Below are positions 39,223 to 47,830 of a stretch of DNA of 57,246 nt, piece after piece (positions within the stretch are counted from its first letter, which is position 1; every line of letters begins with the position of its first letter). Source of the DNA: a bacterium. GTDB lineage: Bacteria; SZUA-182; DTGQ01; JAFGSM01. Under the pieces are notes generated by a model. That model worked only from the letters and a program-made list of their open reading frames with translations. It had not been told where the DNA came from and ran no database searches. The DNA is taken from the NCBI GenBank assembly GCA_049472355.1, contig JBLIRP010000010.1:1-57246 (forward strand), in the 5' to 3' direction. The position numbers and the translations under genes were made by a program.

Positions 39223-39339
39223 GTATGCGTCCTGTTTCACTGGTGTGTATCCCGTGGCGCCTGCCTCATTGACATGGGCACCTCCCATGCCATGGATGCC
39301 TACGCTTTTTTTCCGCCGTCGGGCCCATCGTTGACGATA

Positions 39340-39828
39340 TTATTCCGGCCTTACGGGTTGTTGCTCGATGATCATCGTTCCCTCTTTCGTCCACTTCATC
39401 TGCGGTTGATTTTTGAATGTGATCGTGTCTTCATCGGATGTTTCCAGGTAAAAGGGAAACGTGCACTTCTGCTTGTTCATGTTTTCATAGCATACGGTAT
39501 ACAGCACCTTCTCCCCTTCCTTTTCTTTGCCCTTTTCCACCCTTTTCGTCTTTTCCACCTTTTTCCTTACACTGGTAATAAAGTTGACCTCGATATGCTT
39601 GAGCAAAAAGGCATCCAGGACCTCCAGGTTGTATCCGCTGGCAAAGACGATAAGGTCCTTGGTCAGGCCCAGGGAGCAATCCTTGTAGGTTGCATGGCTT
39701 GTCTTCCAAACGCCATCGAGCCCGTCCTTGACAATGAGTTCCTTACCGTTCCCGCACCCTGCGATAAGAAGGAGGATGACGAACAGCAGCATCATCGATT
39801 TTATTCGGGAAATTCCGCCTTTTTTCAT
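39340..39828 (-). CDS. Lipoprotein of unknown function
   Basis: Basic N-terminus, hydrophobic core, lipobox LIAG-C, then LDGVWKT. Confidence 0.75.
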   Translation of the reverse strand: MKKGGISRIKSMMLLFVILLLIAGCGNGKELIVKDGLDGVWKTSHATYKDCSLGLTKDLIVFASGYNLEVLDAFLLKHIEVNFITSVRKKVEKTKRVEKGKEKEGEKVLYTVCYENMNKQKCTFPFYLETSDEDTITFKNQPQMKWTKEGTMIIEQQPVRPE

Positions 39829-39845
39829 TGTCTCCACCCCGTTTC

Positions 39846-42053
39846 TCACGGTGATTTCACGGCAAGCTCGACACCTCTCTGTGGTTTAGGTCTTCTCCGC
39901 TGCACCATTCTTGTTTTCTTATCGGTATCCTGGCCGGTTTTTTCCTCCTCCACGACCTTCAAGAGGGCATTCACCACCTGCTCATCGAACTGGGTGCCCG
40001 ACCCCTCCTTGATAATCTGCAGGGTGCGCTCCTTTCCCATCCCCTCCCGGTAGGGCCTGTCCGAGATGAGGGCATCGTATACATCCGCCACCGACAGGAT
40101 GCGCGCTCCAAGGCAGATGTCCTCGCCGGAAATGCCATAGGGGTATCCCTTTCCGTCGAACCGTTCATGGTGCTGCTCTCCCATGGGGATTATGTCTGCA
40201 TAGGCGGCGATGGGTTCCAGGATACGTGCGCCGGTCAACGGATGCTGCTTGATGATAGCGAATTCCTCGTCCGTGAGCCTTCCCGGCTTGTCGAGGATCT
40301 CCGCGGGGACCCCGATCTTGCCGATATCATGGAGCAAACCTCCCCGGTGCAGGTCCTGAAGCTCCTTTTCACTCAGGCCCATGACCTTCCCCAGCTTCAA
40401 TGCCATTTCAGTGACCCGCTCCGAGTGGCCCGCGGTCCAGGGGGACTTTGCGTCAACCGTGCGGGCGAGGGCCTTCAAGGCGCCCCAGTTCAGCTTGTCG
40501 AGCTCCTCGATGAGGTGCGCGTTGGACAGGGCGACCGCCACCTGGTCCGCAAGCTGCCGGACCTGCAGGAGGTCCTCATCGCTGGGTTCATGGACCTCGA
40601 AGGTGCCGAGGGCAATGATCCCGGCAGGCCTTTGACTGATAAACAGAGGGAGCAGTATTGCCGATTCGATCCCCCTGTCTTTGAAGGATTTGAGAAAACC
40701 GGGTACCTCCTCTTTTGTCTTCAGAGTGAGCGTCTCTCGAAGCTCCGTGAGCATCTCCAGGTCGTCCTGCCGTATCTCCACATCCTTGCAACTGTGGTTC
40801 GAGGCCCCGTGGCCGGAGTACATGCGGGCCATGCAGCGGTCCTTGGATTGAAGGTCGAACAAAAATACGCTCACCAGGTCGTAGTTACACACCTTGTGCA
40901 TGGTGGAGATGACCGTTCTGATGATCTCTTCCGTGTCCAGGGAGGAAAGTATGGCCCGGTCGATATCCGCCATCGTGGTCAGGGCATTGAATTGCCTGCC
41001 GAGTTGCCGTGCCATATGGTTGAAGGATGATCCAAGCTCCTCGAATTCATCACCGCTCGTCACCGTTACCCTGGTCTCGAAATCCCTCATGGCGATGCGC
41101 CTGGTCCCCTCCTTGAGCTTCTCGAGCGGGGTCATGGTCTTCCGTATTTGTATCACGCTCAGCAGCAGGACCACCAGGAGGGAGAGCAGGATAAACAGGG
41201 GAAATATCTTCTTGAAATACGCAAGCGGCGCGAAGATGTCATCCTTGGCGGTGCTGGTGATGACCGTCCATTTCGGCTCAAAGAATTGGTATTGCAAAAA
41301 GATCGGCCAGAAACACCCCAGAAACTCCCTTCCTTGGTAATCCCATTCGAACTGCTCCGAAAAATACCGGCTCGCCTTATTGATCAGTGTCTTGTGAAAT
41401 GACGGCGACACCGGATGGGAGGAGAAGATCACGTTTTGGGACTCGTCCATCACGCACAGCTCGGTGAGACCAGGCAGTGAATCGGATTCCAAAAGGCCCC
41501 ACAGGTACATGGAATCGATTTCCGCATGGATGAGCCCCTTTGCAAGATCCTCGGGATCAACCGGACTGATCATGAACACGCACAATGTGTTCCTGTTTCC
41601 GTTCTCATACTCGGTCGTTATAAGGGCCTTGCCGGAGCGCAGATGTTCGCGCTGTGCATCCGACAGCCGGATGGATTCCTTGGGATCACCGAACAGCGTT
41701 ACCAATTCACCGGAATGGGTCTGCAGCGCCAGCGTGAGGAACCGTCCCTTCAACCCCTCAATTCCTGCATGTGACGGAAGCGGGGCGGATGATCCGCGTA
41801 TCTCGTCCATGCCTGAAGAGAGGACCTTCAACTGGGTTTCGAGAAACAGGAGACGTTCCATGACGGACATGCCGATGGATTTGCTCGATCTGCGCAGCCT
41901 CAAACGGCTTTGCGACTCGAGCTGCTTCGATACCTGGGTGAACGAGATCACGGAGATTGCAACGAGCGGGATCAGTGCGCAGAGGATAAACAGTGCGAAT
42001 ATCCGGCGTGCAACCTTGCTCTTCAGGAACGTCTCGTCGATTCGTATCCCCAT
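39846..42053 (-). CDS. Membrane sensor HD-GYP c-di-GMP phosphodiesterase (periplasmic Cache-like, HAMP, GAF, HD-GYP)
   Basis: 2 TMs flanking about 240 aa, PLEKL...DEFEELGSSFN HAMP, LADQVAVALSNA GAF end, TAGHSERV, LLHDIGK, HHERFDGKGYP, VADVYDA, DRPYR. Confidence 0.93.
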   Translation of the reverse strand: MGIRIDETFLKSKVARRIFALFILCALIPLVAISVISFTQVSKQLESQSRLRLRRSSKSIGMSVMERLLFLETQLKVLSSGMDEIRGSSAPLPSHAGIEGLKGRFLTLALQTHSGELVTLFGDPKESIRLSDAQREHLRSGKALITTEYENGNRNTLCVFMISPVDPEDLAKGLIHAEIDSMYLWGLLESDSLPGLTELCVMDESQNVIFSSHPVSPSFHKTLINKASRYFSEQFEWDYQGREFLGCFWPIFLQYQFFEPKWTVITSTAKDDIFAPLAYFKKIFPLFILLSLLVVLLLSVIQIRKTMTPLEKLKEGTRRIAMRDFETRVTVTSGDEFEELGSSFNHMARQLGRQFNALTTMADIDRAILSSLDTEEIIRTVISTMHKVCNYDLVSVFLFDLQSKDRCMARMYSGHGASNHSCKDVEIRQDDLEMLTELRETLTLKTKEEVPGFLKSFKDRGIESAILLPLFISQRPAGIIALGTFEVHEPSDEDLLQVRQLADQVAVALSNAHLIEELDKLNWGALKALARTVDAKSPWTAGHSERVTEMALKLGKVMGLSEKELQDLHRGGLLHDIGKIGVPAEILDKPGRLTDEEFAIIKQHPLTGARILEPIAAYADIIPMGEQHHERFDGKGYPYGISGEDICLGARILSVADVYDALISDRPYREGMGKERTLQIIKEGSGTQFDEQVVNALLKVVEEEKTGQDTDKKTRMVQRRRPKPQRGVELAVKSP

Positions 42054-42062
42054 CAATCTCCC

Positions 42063-42659
42063 TTAGAATTCGGAGGCAAGCCCCACGAATGCCCCGTTGC
42101 TCGCCCGAATGACGTCATCGTAACTCTCCGGTTTATCGATCTTGGGGTCGCTCTTCCCATCCTTCCCCACGCTGTAGATGTCGTAGTCGGTATTGAGCGG
42201 CTTGAGAAAACGGCACTTGCGCATTTTCCCCTCGATCCCTTTTTGGGCGCTGTCATAGGGGTTATATTCATAGAGGTTTCCCCAGGGATCCCTCTGGTTC
42301 CCGAAGCGGATATCATCGAGCGTCTTCGGGAGGTCGTCGTTGTTCAGCTCGAAGGTGGGGTTGTCGGTGTCCACCTGGTACGACCAGATATCCCTCTCCA
42401 TGACCCTGATCTCGGTGATCGCCCGCGCAACTTGTGTTTTATAGAGGTAGTTGGTATATGAGGGGACGGCTATGGCGCTCAAGGTGGCGACGATGGTGAT
42501 GGTGATGAGGATCTCCACCATGGTGAATCCACGGGGAGATCTGTTTCCCGGGGATTCCGTCAGGGTGAATTTCCTTCGACATAGATGTCGCGTCCGAGCG
42601 GCAGTGACCCCTTTTGAAAGGTCACCCCTCCTCTGAAGCCGGTTGTTTCGATCCGCCAT
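42063..42659 (-). CDS. Type IV pilin/GspG-like pseudopilin with prepilin cleavage motif
   Basis: RG|FTMVEILITITIVATLSAIAVP, DPWGNLY, YDIYSVGKDG...DDVIRA. SD AAGGAGG before ATG 42659. Confidence 0.9.
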   Translation of the reverse strand: MADRNNRLQRRGDLSKGVTAARTRHLCRRKFTLTESPGNRSPRGFTMVEILITITIVATLSAIAVPSYTNYLYKTQVARAITEIRVMERDIWSYQVDTDNPTFELNNDDLPKTLDDIRFGNQRDPWGNLYEYNPYDSAQKGIEGKMRKCRFLKPLNTDYDIYSVGKDGKSDPKIDKPESYDDVIRASNGAFVGLASEF

Positions 42660-42868
42660 CGTCCCTCCTTGCATCGCTCCGATAGGAAAAGGACACCGGA
42701 ACGGGGAAGACATTTCCTTGCGCTCGATGGATATATCTTTATATTTATCGGATAAATCACTCGGTTGTATCGGCATACCTTATTATACGCAACCGATTTC
42801 CGGGTGATTATGAGATGATCGGCATGCAGTGAATTTATTTTCATAAAAACTGGGTCTGTGGTAATTTT

Positions 42869-43001
42869 TTCACACTCCCGCGAAAAGTGTGAACACCCGG
42901 CATGACTATCCCTGGTCCTTGCGGACGCAATCTATTCTTTGTAAATCAGCATATTATGTCGTTTCCGCCATGGGATGTACAAATGGGGAATGCTTCTTGC
43001 A
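42869..43001 (+). promoter_or_regulatory. Candidate enhancer palindrome plus sigma54 promoter for the REC-kinase gene
   Basis: TTCACACT-N9-AGTGTGAA (42869-42893), then GGGAATGCTTCTTGCA (GG 42987-88, GC 42999-43000). Confidence 0.45.
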
Positions 43002-43252
43002 TATAATCCATCCGATCCGTATCACTGGGTTTAACCGATAAAGGATAATGTGCGACGGATTCCTGATAAAGGATATGCCGCACTATCAGAGATTCTTACC
43101 GAAGGTTCGAGCGTGCATTCCTTAGGATTGGCATTGCGCCGGCCAAGGAGGTTGCAGCATCGGCCGGCCTATCACGAGCCTGTTTGGGTGAGGTTGGGAA
43201 GAACGTCCCTGGAGAGCTTTACAACCGGCGATCTTAGTGACGGAGGAACCAT

Positions 43253-44449
43253 ATGCACGCGGACAGGCTGGACGATTTCAACTGGAACCAATCGGTGCCC
43301 CACATCTTGGTGGTGGATGACGACTTTTCCGTGAGGAAATTTCTGGGGAAGGTCCTTCAGAAAGAGGGGTACACGGTTTCCACCGCAGAAAACGGGGGGG
43401 AGGGATTTCACAAGGCCCTCACCCTGAATCCCGACCTGATCATCCTGGATGTCATGATGCCCGACATGGATGGTTTCGAGGTCTGCACGAAGCTCCAGTC
43501 GGATGAAAAGACCAAGAACATACCCGTCATCTTCCTGACCGTTCGAAATGAACATGAGGATAAGCTCCGCGGCCTGAACCTGGGGGCGGTCGATTACCTG
43601 GGAAAACCGGTGAATATCCGGGAGATGCTTGCGCGGGTCAATACCCAGATTCGCCTGCACACCCTCTACAAAAGAAATCTCGCATATGAGCAGGCATTGA
43701 TCGAGACCGAGAATCTGAACTGCAACCGGATCTTCATCAAGGGGGTTGCCCATAATTTCAACAATCTGCTCACCGTGGCAGTCGGGTATATAAAGTTCAT
43801 GCAGGAGCGATCCAATTTTTCCGAGAAGGACATGGAGTATCTCCACCGGGTTGACACAAGCCTTGAGCGGATACAGGCCCTCATCCACCAGATGTTCTAT
43901 CTCACGGAGGTCTTTGCATCGGATGTCAAACGATTCGATGTGGAGAAGATACTCAACGATTTTCTGTTTGCAGCGCGGCTTCACTGGCCGAATATGGTGA
44001 TCACGGTGAACAACAGGCTTTACCCAAAGACCGAGCTGTTGTGTGACCAGGCGCAGATCATCAAGGCATTGACCCTGCTCATTCAGAATTCCTACGAGGT
44101 GGCCGGTAAGAAATGCGCGGCGATTATCGAGGTGTATGAATCCGACGAGGATTTGGGGAATGGCTACTTTTTGAATAAAACAAAATCCATATGTATTGCA
44201 ATCAAGGATTTCGGGCCTGGTTTTACCGAAACCGCACTCAAATACGCCACCCATCCCTTCTTCAGCACCAAGAATACCGTGGGGGTGGGATTGGGCCTCT
44301 CCATCGTTCAGAAGGTGGTCAGGGATTACGGCGGGAAACTGAGCATTGCGAATGATCCGAAGGGCGGCGCAGTGGTGACCATGGCCTTTCCGGTAAATGC
44401 CACCAAGATCGAACAACTGGTAAAAACGGAGGTCATGGAGCCCTACTAA
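43253..44449 (+). CDS. Hybrid response regulator receiver-histidine kinase
   Basis: LVVDDD, ILDVMMP, GKP; GVAHNFNNLL H-box, DFGPG, PFFSTK, GVGLGL. Confidence 0.92.
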   Translation: MHADRLDDFNWNQSVPHILVVDDDFSVRKFLGKVLQKEGYTVSTAENGGEGFHKALTLNPDLIILDVMMPDMDGFEVCTKLQSDEKTKNIPVIFLTVRNEHEDKLRGLNLGAVDYLGKPVNIREMLARVNTQIRLHTLYKRNLAYEQALIETENLNCNRIFIKGVAHNFNNLLTVAVGYIKFMQERSNFSEKDMEYLHRVDTSLERIQALIHQMFYLTEVFASDVKRFDVEKILNDFLFAARLHWPNMVITVNNRLYPKTELLCDQAQIIKALTLLIQNSYEVAGKKCAAIIEVYESDEDLGNGYFLNKTKSICIAIKDFGPGFTETALKYATHPFFSTKNTVGVGLGLSIVQKVVRDYGGKLSIANDPKGGAVVTMAFPVNATKIEQLVKTEVMEPY

Positions 44450-44574
44450 TCCGGTCCCCGAAGGGAAGGGTATCGCCCGAATAAGCGGGGGGTGCGACGG
44501 ATCTCGTAGCCATATCATACAACATACAATTAACGTGCACGGCCTTGGTATCGAGCTTTTGAGAGTTCGGGTAT

Positions 44575-44610
44575 AAAAAGGGCCCTGGGTTGTACAACCC
44601 AGGGCCCCTT
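44575..44610 (-). terminator. Rho-independent terminator
   Basis: Perfect 28-bp palindrome GGGCCCTGGGTTGTACAACCCAGGGCCC (44580-44607) followed by TTTTT on the minus strand, just after the 44625 stop; lies between convergent genes. Confidence 0.85.
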
Positions 44611-44624
44611 ATCTTTGACGGGGA

Positions 44625-45236
44625 TTAGTATCCCAGGATCTGAGCTGCAGTCAACAGTGACGAAAAGGCCGGCGTTGGATTGATTAATGAAGCCAGCCAT
44701 GGATCCAGCCCGGTGAGATTCGGAGGCAGCGCGATATTGTAGGCAGCAAGGGCCAGAGTCGGATATTGTGCCAAATAAGCCAGATTGGCTGTCGGCAGGT
44801 TCGACTGGATCCAGAGGGGATCGGTTGCCGGAAGCAGATTGAACCCCGAGGGCAGGCCCAGCGGCAAAGGACCTCCTGTTGTAGGATCCAACGCATATGA
44901 CGGTGGCCAGCCGTTCATTCCGTAGATGATATCGTAGTATTGCATCCCCACCGGTGAATTATACAGGAAGTAGGGATAGCTGATCGCCGGGTTCCAGGCC
45001 AGCCCTGGCTGTATGGGAAGCTGTGTCGAAGGAAAGAGGTTGCTCACGATGGGTGTCGGCAGCCCCGTGGTCGCACTGATCGGAGACAGGGCAGGCGACC
45101 AGAGGGGCCACAAGAAATTGTAGGGCGGCATTGCGGTCCATGTCTGTGCAGTTGCCAGCCTGCTTCCCAAAAGCCCGAAGACAACCAAGACAACGCAGAT
45201 GAAAACAACGGTTCTGATAGTGCTTTTTAATGACAT
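44625..45236 (-). CDS. Secreted Pro/Leu/aromatic-rich protein of unknown function
   Basis: SD AAAGGAG, signal peptide ending ATA|Q, mature region has no K/R/E. Confidence 0.82.
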   Translation of the reverse strand: MSLKSTIRTVVFICVVLVVFGLLGSRLATAQTWTAMPPYNFLWPLWSPALSPISATTGLPTPIVSNLFPSTQLPIQPGLAWNPAISYPYFLYNSPVGMQYYDIIYGMNGWPPSYALDPTTGGPLPLGLPSGFNLLPATDPLWIQSNLPTANLAYLAQYPTLALAAYNIALPPNLTGLDPWLASLINPTPAFSSLLTAAQILGY

Positions 45237-45427
45237 ACCATATACTCCTTTTGTTTGATCATATACCCCAACCAACAGAACAACTCGTCCACTGTTCCTT
45301 TCATAATCGTGTGTTCATCTCCTTTAGGCAACACCCCCTTATCAATTCATCTTGATCAGAGCACCTTACCATCGAAGGCGCCGCAGCCTTTCGGCATGTC
45401 TTTTGGGTTATCGGTAACCTGTTACAG

Positions 45428-45898
45428 CTACTGGAGCAAGACCCAGCTCAGGTAGAAGTCCGGTAATCCGTAGGTGTACGAGGGATAACTAAACCGCGTG
45501 TAGGGAAGCGGGGTGCCGGGCAGCGTGGTAAAGGGAAATGTGGTCGTATAGGGTGAACCCATATAGGGATACGTCTCCTTACCGAAAAAGTTGTATAGGT
45601 AGCCTTGATACGGGGTCAAAAAGGGATTGGCGTAGTAATATCCAAGCAGGTTCCCCGGAATGGGAGGGAAAAATCCGTATCCGAGGTTATAGAAGGGATC
45701 CGTAATCGAATTGAAATACCCGTAGTCGCTGAAGGCCAATGGACTTGTGTAATAATAGGTAACGGGCGGAAGGTATGTCGGGTCGTAGTTTCCCGGATAG
45801 ACCTGCGCGGGTGCCTTAACGGCCAACAGGCACAGGACAATCAAAACCAGACCCATCAACCAGACCCTTTCGCATCCCCCTTGTTTCATAATCATCAT
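45428..45898 (-). CDS. Secreted Tyr/Pro/Phe-rich protein of unknown function
   Basis: Signal peptide ending APA|Q; mature region dominated by Y/P/F/T/G. Confidence 0.8.
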   Translation of the reverse strand: MMIMKQGGCERVWLMGLVLIVLCLLAVKAPAQVYPGNYDPTYLPPVTYYYTSPLAFSDYGYFNSITDPFYNLGYGFFPPIPGNLLGYYYANPFLTPYQGYLYNFFGKETYPYMGSPYTTTFPFTTLPGTPLPYTRFSYPSYTYGLPDFYLSWVLLQ

Positions 45899-46192
45899 CC
45901 TTTCTTTCCCATCAGGATATCTGAAGGTTGATTCCTATATCTTCAACACTCTAAGCATCCATCACATTAATGGGTTCTCATTACGTAAGGATTGCGTTTA
46001 AGGATTTGCCTGCGTGAAAAGGTATGCGCGTATCACCTCCAAACACCGATCGTATTGATTTAAATGATTAAATCTATAATAATTTATATTTTGGGTTCGT
46101 TTTGAGATGAGGGGAATAGGCGTACGTCGACAATTCCCCATTTATAATAATTATACCATAACAGTATTAAATTGCAAAGAAATTATCTTAAA

Positions 46193-46498
46193 CTACTTCT
46201 TTAACGCATGGCCTATTGTATCTTCCAATGATTGAAGTTTTCTGCCTATTCTTGATCCTGAATCCGACCTGTCATCAATGGTGATGGTGGTGACGACACG
46301 GCAGCCTTCCTTTCTCACCGCCTCATGGCAGCGCCGAATGAGTCCCATGACCTCGTCCCAATCTCCCTCTACGACTGTCCCCATAGGATTCACGCGATAC
46401 TCCAGGCCGCTGTTGTGGACGATTTCCACAGCCAGGGAAACCAGGCCGCTCAGGCTTTCACCCTCGCCCACGGGAATGATGCTGAATTCCGCCAACAT
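46193..46498 (-). CDS. MTH1187/YkoF-like thiamine-binding protein
   Basis: MLAEFSIIPVG...SGLEYRVNPMGTVVEGDWDEV...RVVTTITIDDR. SD AGGAGG. Confidence 0.9.
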   Translation of the reverse strand: MLAEFSIIPVGEGESLSGLVSLAVEIVHNSGLEYRVNPMGTVVEGDWDEVMGLIRRCHEAVRKEGCRVVTTITIDDRSDSGSRIGRKLQSLEDTIGHALKK

Positions 46499-46667
46499 TG
46501 CCTCTCCTCCTTTCAATGATCGGTTTCCATGCAGGAGTGATCCCTGCCGGAACCGGGGCATCCGGTTCATGGATGCGCACCAGTGAATGATGAAGGGGGA
46601 CGGGTGAACCGGTCGAGGAATCGGTTGTTGTTACTCGCCCGTTCCTATAGTAGCATAGGGGGTGGTT

Positions 46668-47183
46668 ATGAATAAAGGACATTCGGTATCCATCCTTGTG
46701 CTCAATGGGTCGTTTCTCCTCGTTCTTGCAGCGGGCCTGCTCGGCATCTCGCGCTCTGCCGTACCGGGTGCGGCATGGTACGGGGGGATATGGGCGGCAT
46801 GGAGCATGGCGAATTATCTCTATATAATACGAATAAGACTCTGCCGCCATTGCTCCTATTACGGCCTGCCGTGCCCCCTGGGATGGGGGAGGATCGTTCC
46901 CCTTTTGTGCGGCCGGGGTGATCCCCATATGTTCGGAAGGATGCGCTGGCCCATGGTCTATCTTCTCTCCTATGCGGGGATACCTCCTGTTTTCATGATC
47001 GTCTCCCTTTTCTTCGAGCGGGATCCCTATGTCATCGGTGCATTGATCGCCTTCACCGGTATGGGTCTCCTCATGGGTATCATCGCCCGAAAATGGTGCT
47101 GCACAAGATGCCTGATGGCATCCCATTGCTTGTTGAGCAGGATCGATCGCTTGCTGAGACATCCCTTCATTACAATCCAATGA
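46668..47183 (+). CDS. Four-TM membrane protein with two Cys clusters
   Basis: CRHCSYYGLPC and CCTRC-x4-HC between hydrophobic helices. Confidence 0.65.
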   Translation: MNKGHSVSILVLNGSFLLVLAAGLLGISRSAVPGAAWYGGIWAAWSMANYLYIIRIRLCRHCSYYGLPCPLGWGRIVPLLCGRGDPHMFGRMRWPMVYLLSYAGIPPVFMIVSLFFERDPYVIGALIAFTGMGLLMGIIARKWCCTRCLMASHCLLSRIDRLLRHPFITIQ

Positions 47184-47361
47184 CACACTTGGAATTCCCG
47201 GGACAGAATTCCCGGGATCTGTTGCCTGAACGGGCAATTTCGTGTACACTGTATGCATAGTAGGCATATGGGGCATACGTCCGGGGAATGCACATGAACA
47301 TGCCCTACCGCAGGAAAGGGTTCAATTGAGGGCACACCCGGCATGCCTGGAGGATGACACC

Positions 47362-47781
47362 GTGGCGGTCGTTACACGAGAGCTTTCCCTTAAGACAAAG
47401 GGGAACACCGACATCCTGGATATCACCCCCTCTGTTCGGGAGGAGGTGAAGGAGTCGGGTGTCAAGGATGGGGTTGCGGTTGTGTTTGTGCCCGGTTCAA
47501 CCGCAGGTGTCACCACCATAGAATATGAATCGGGGGTATTGCAGGACCTTTCCGATGCCGTCGAGCGAATGGCCCCCCGATCCATCCGCTATCACCATGA
47601 CGCCCGGTGGGGTGACGGCAACGGATTTGCCCATGTCCGCGCAGCGCTGCTTGGCCCGTCGCTGACCATTCCCTTCAGCGACGGAAGGCTCCTTCTCGGC
47701 ACATGGCAGCAGATCGTGCTCATTGATTTCGATAATCGTCCTCGCCAGCGCACCATCCTGATACAGATCCTGGGTGAATAA
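47362..47781 (+). CDS. yjbQ: Secondary thiamine-phosphate synthase YjbQ family
   Basis: FVPGSTAG, YHHDARWGDGNGFAH, LLGTWQQIVLIDFD. GTG start after GGAGG. Confidence 0.9.
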   Translation: MAVVTRELSLKTKGNTDILDITPSVREEVKESGVKDGVAVVFVPGSTAGVTTIEYESGVLQDLSDAVERMAPRSIRYHHDARWGDGNGFAHVRAALLGPSLTIPFSDGRLLLGTWQQIVLIDFDNRPRQRTILIQILGE

Positions 47782-47830
47782 CGAACCGACGGCCTGTTTT
47801 ACCCATGTACGGCACCAAGGGGTTATTGCA

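Noticed and set aside
43172..44518. Long antisense/alternate-frame ORFs (also 38782-40053, 37625-38629, 20764-21765, 27529-28536, 56107-57132)
   Set aside because: Shadows of well-supported genes in GC-rich DNA; no motifs or SD support
45330..46015. c-di-GMP-I riboswitches before the secreted proteins (CCGAAAGG near 45390; GGCAAA...ACGCAA near 46000)
   Set aside because: Neither site has the full GGCAAA-stem-GAAA-stem-GACGCAAA arrangement
46500..46660. TPP riboswitch upstream of the thiamine-binding protein (GAACCGGATG...GCAGGGA and a long GGACGGGTGA/TCGCCCGTTCC stem)
   Set aside because: The conserved CTGAGA element is absent; resemblance is limited to a few bases
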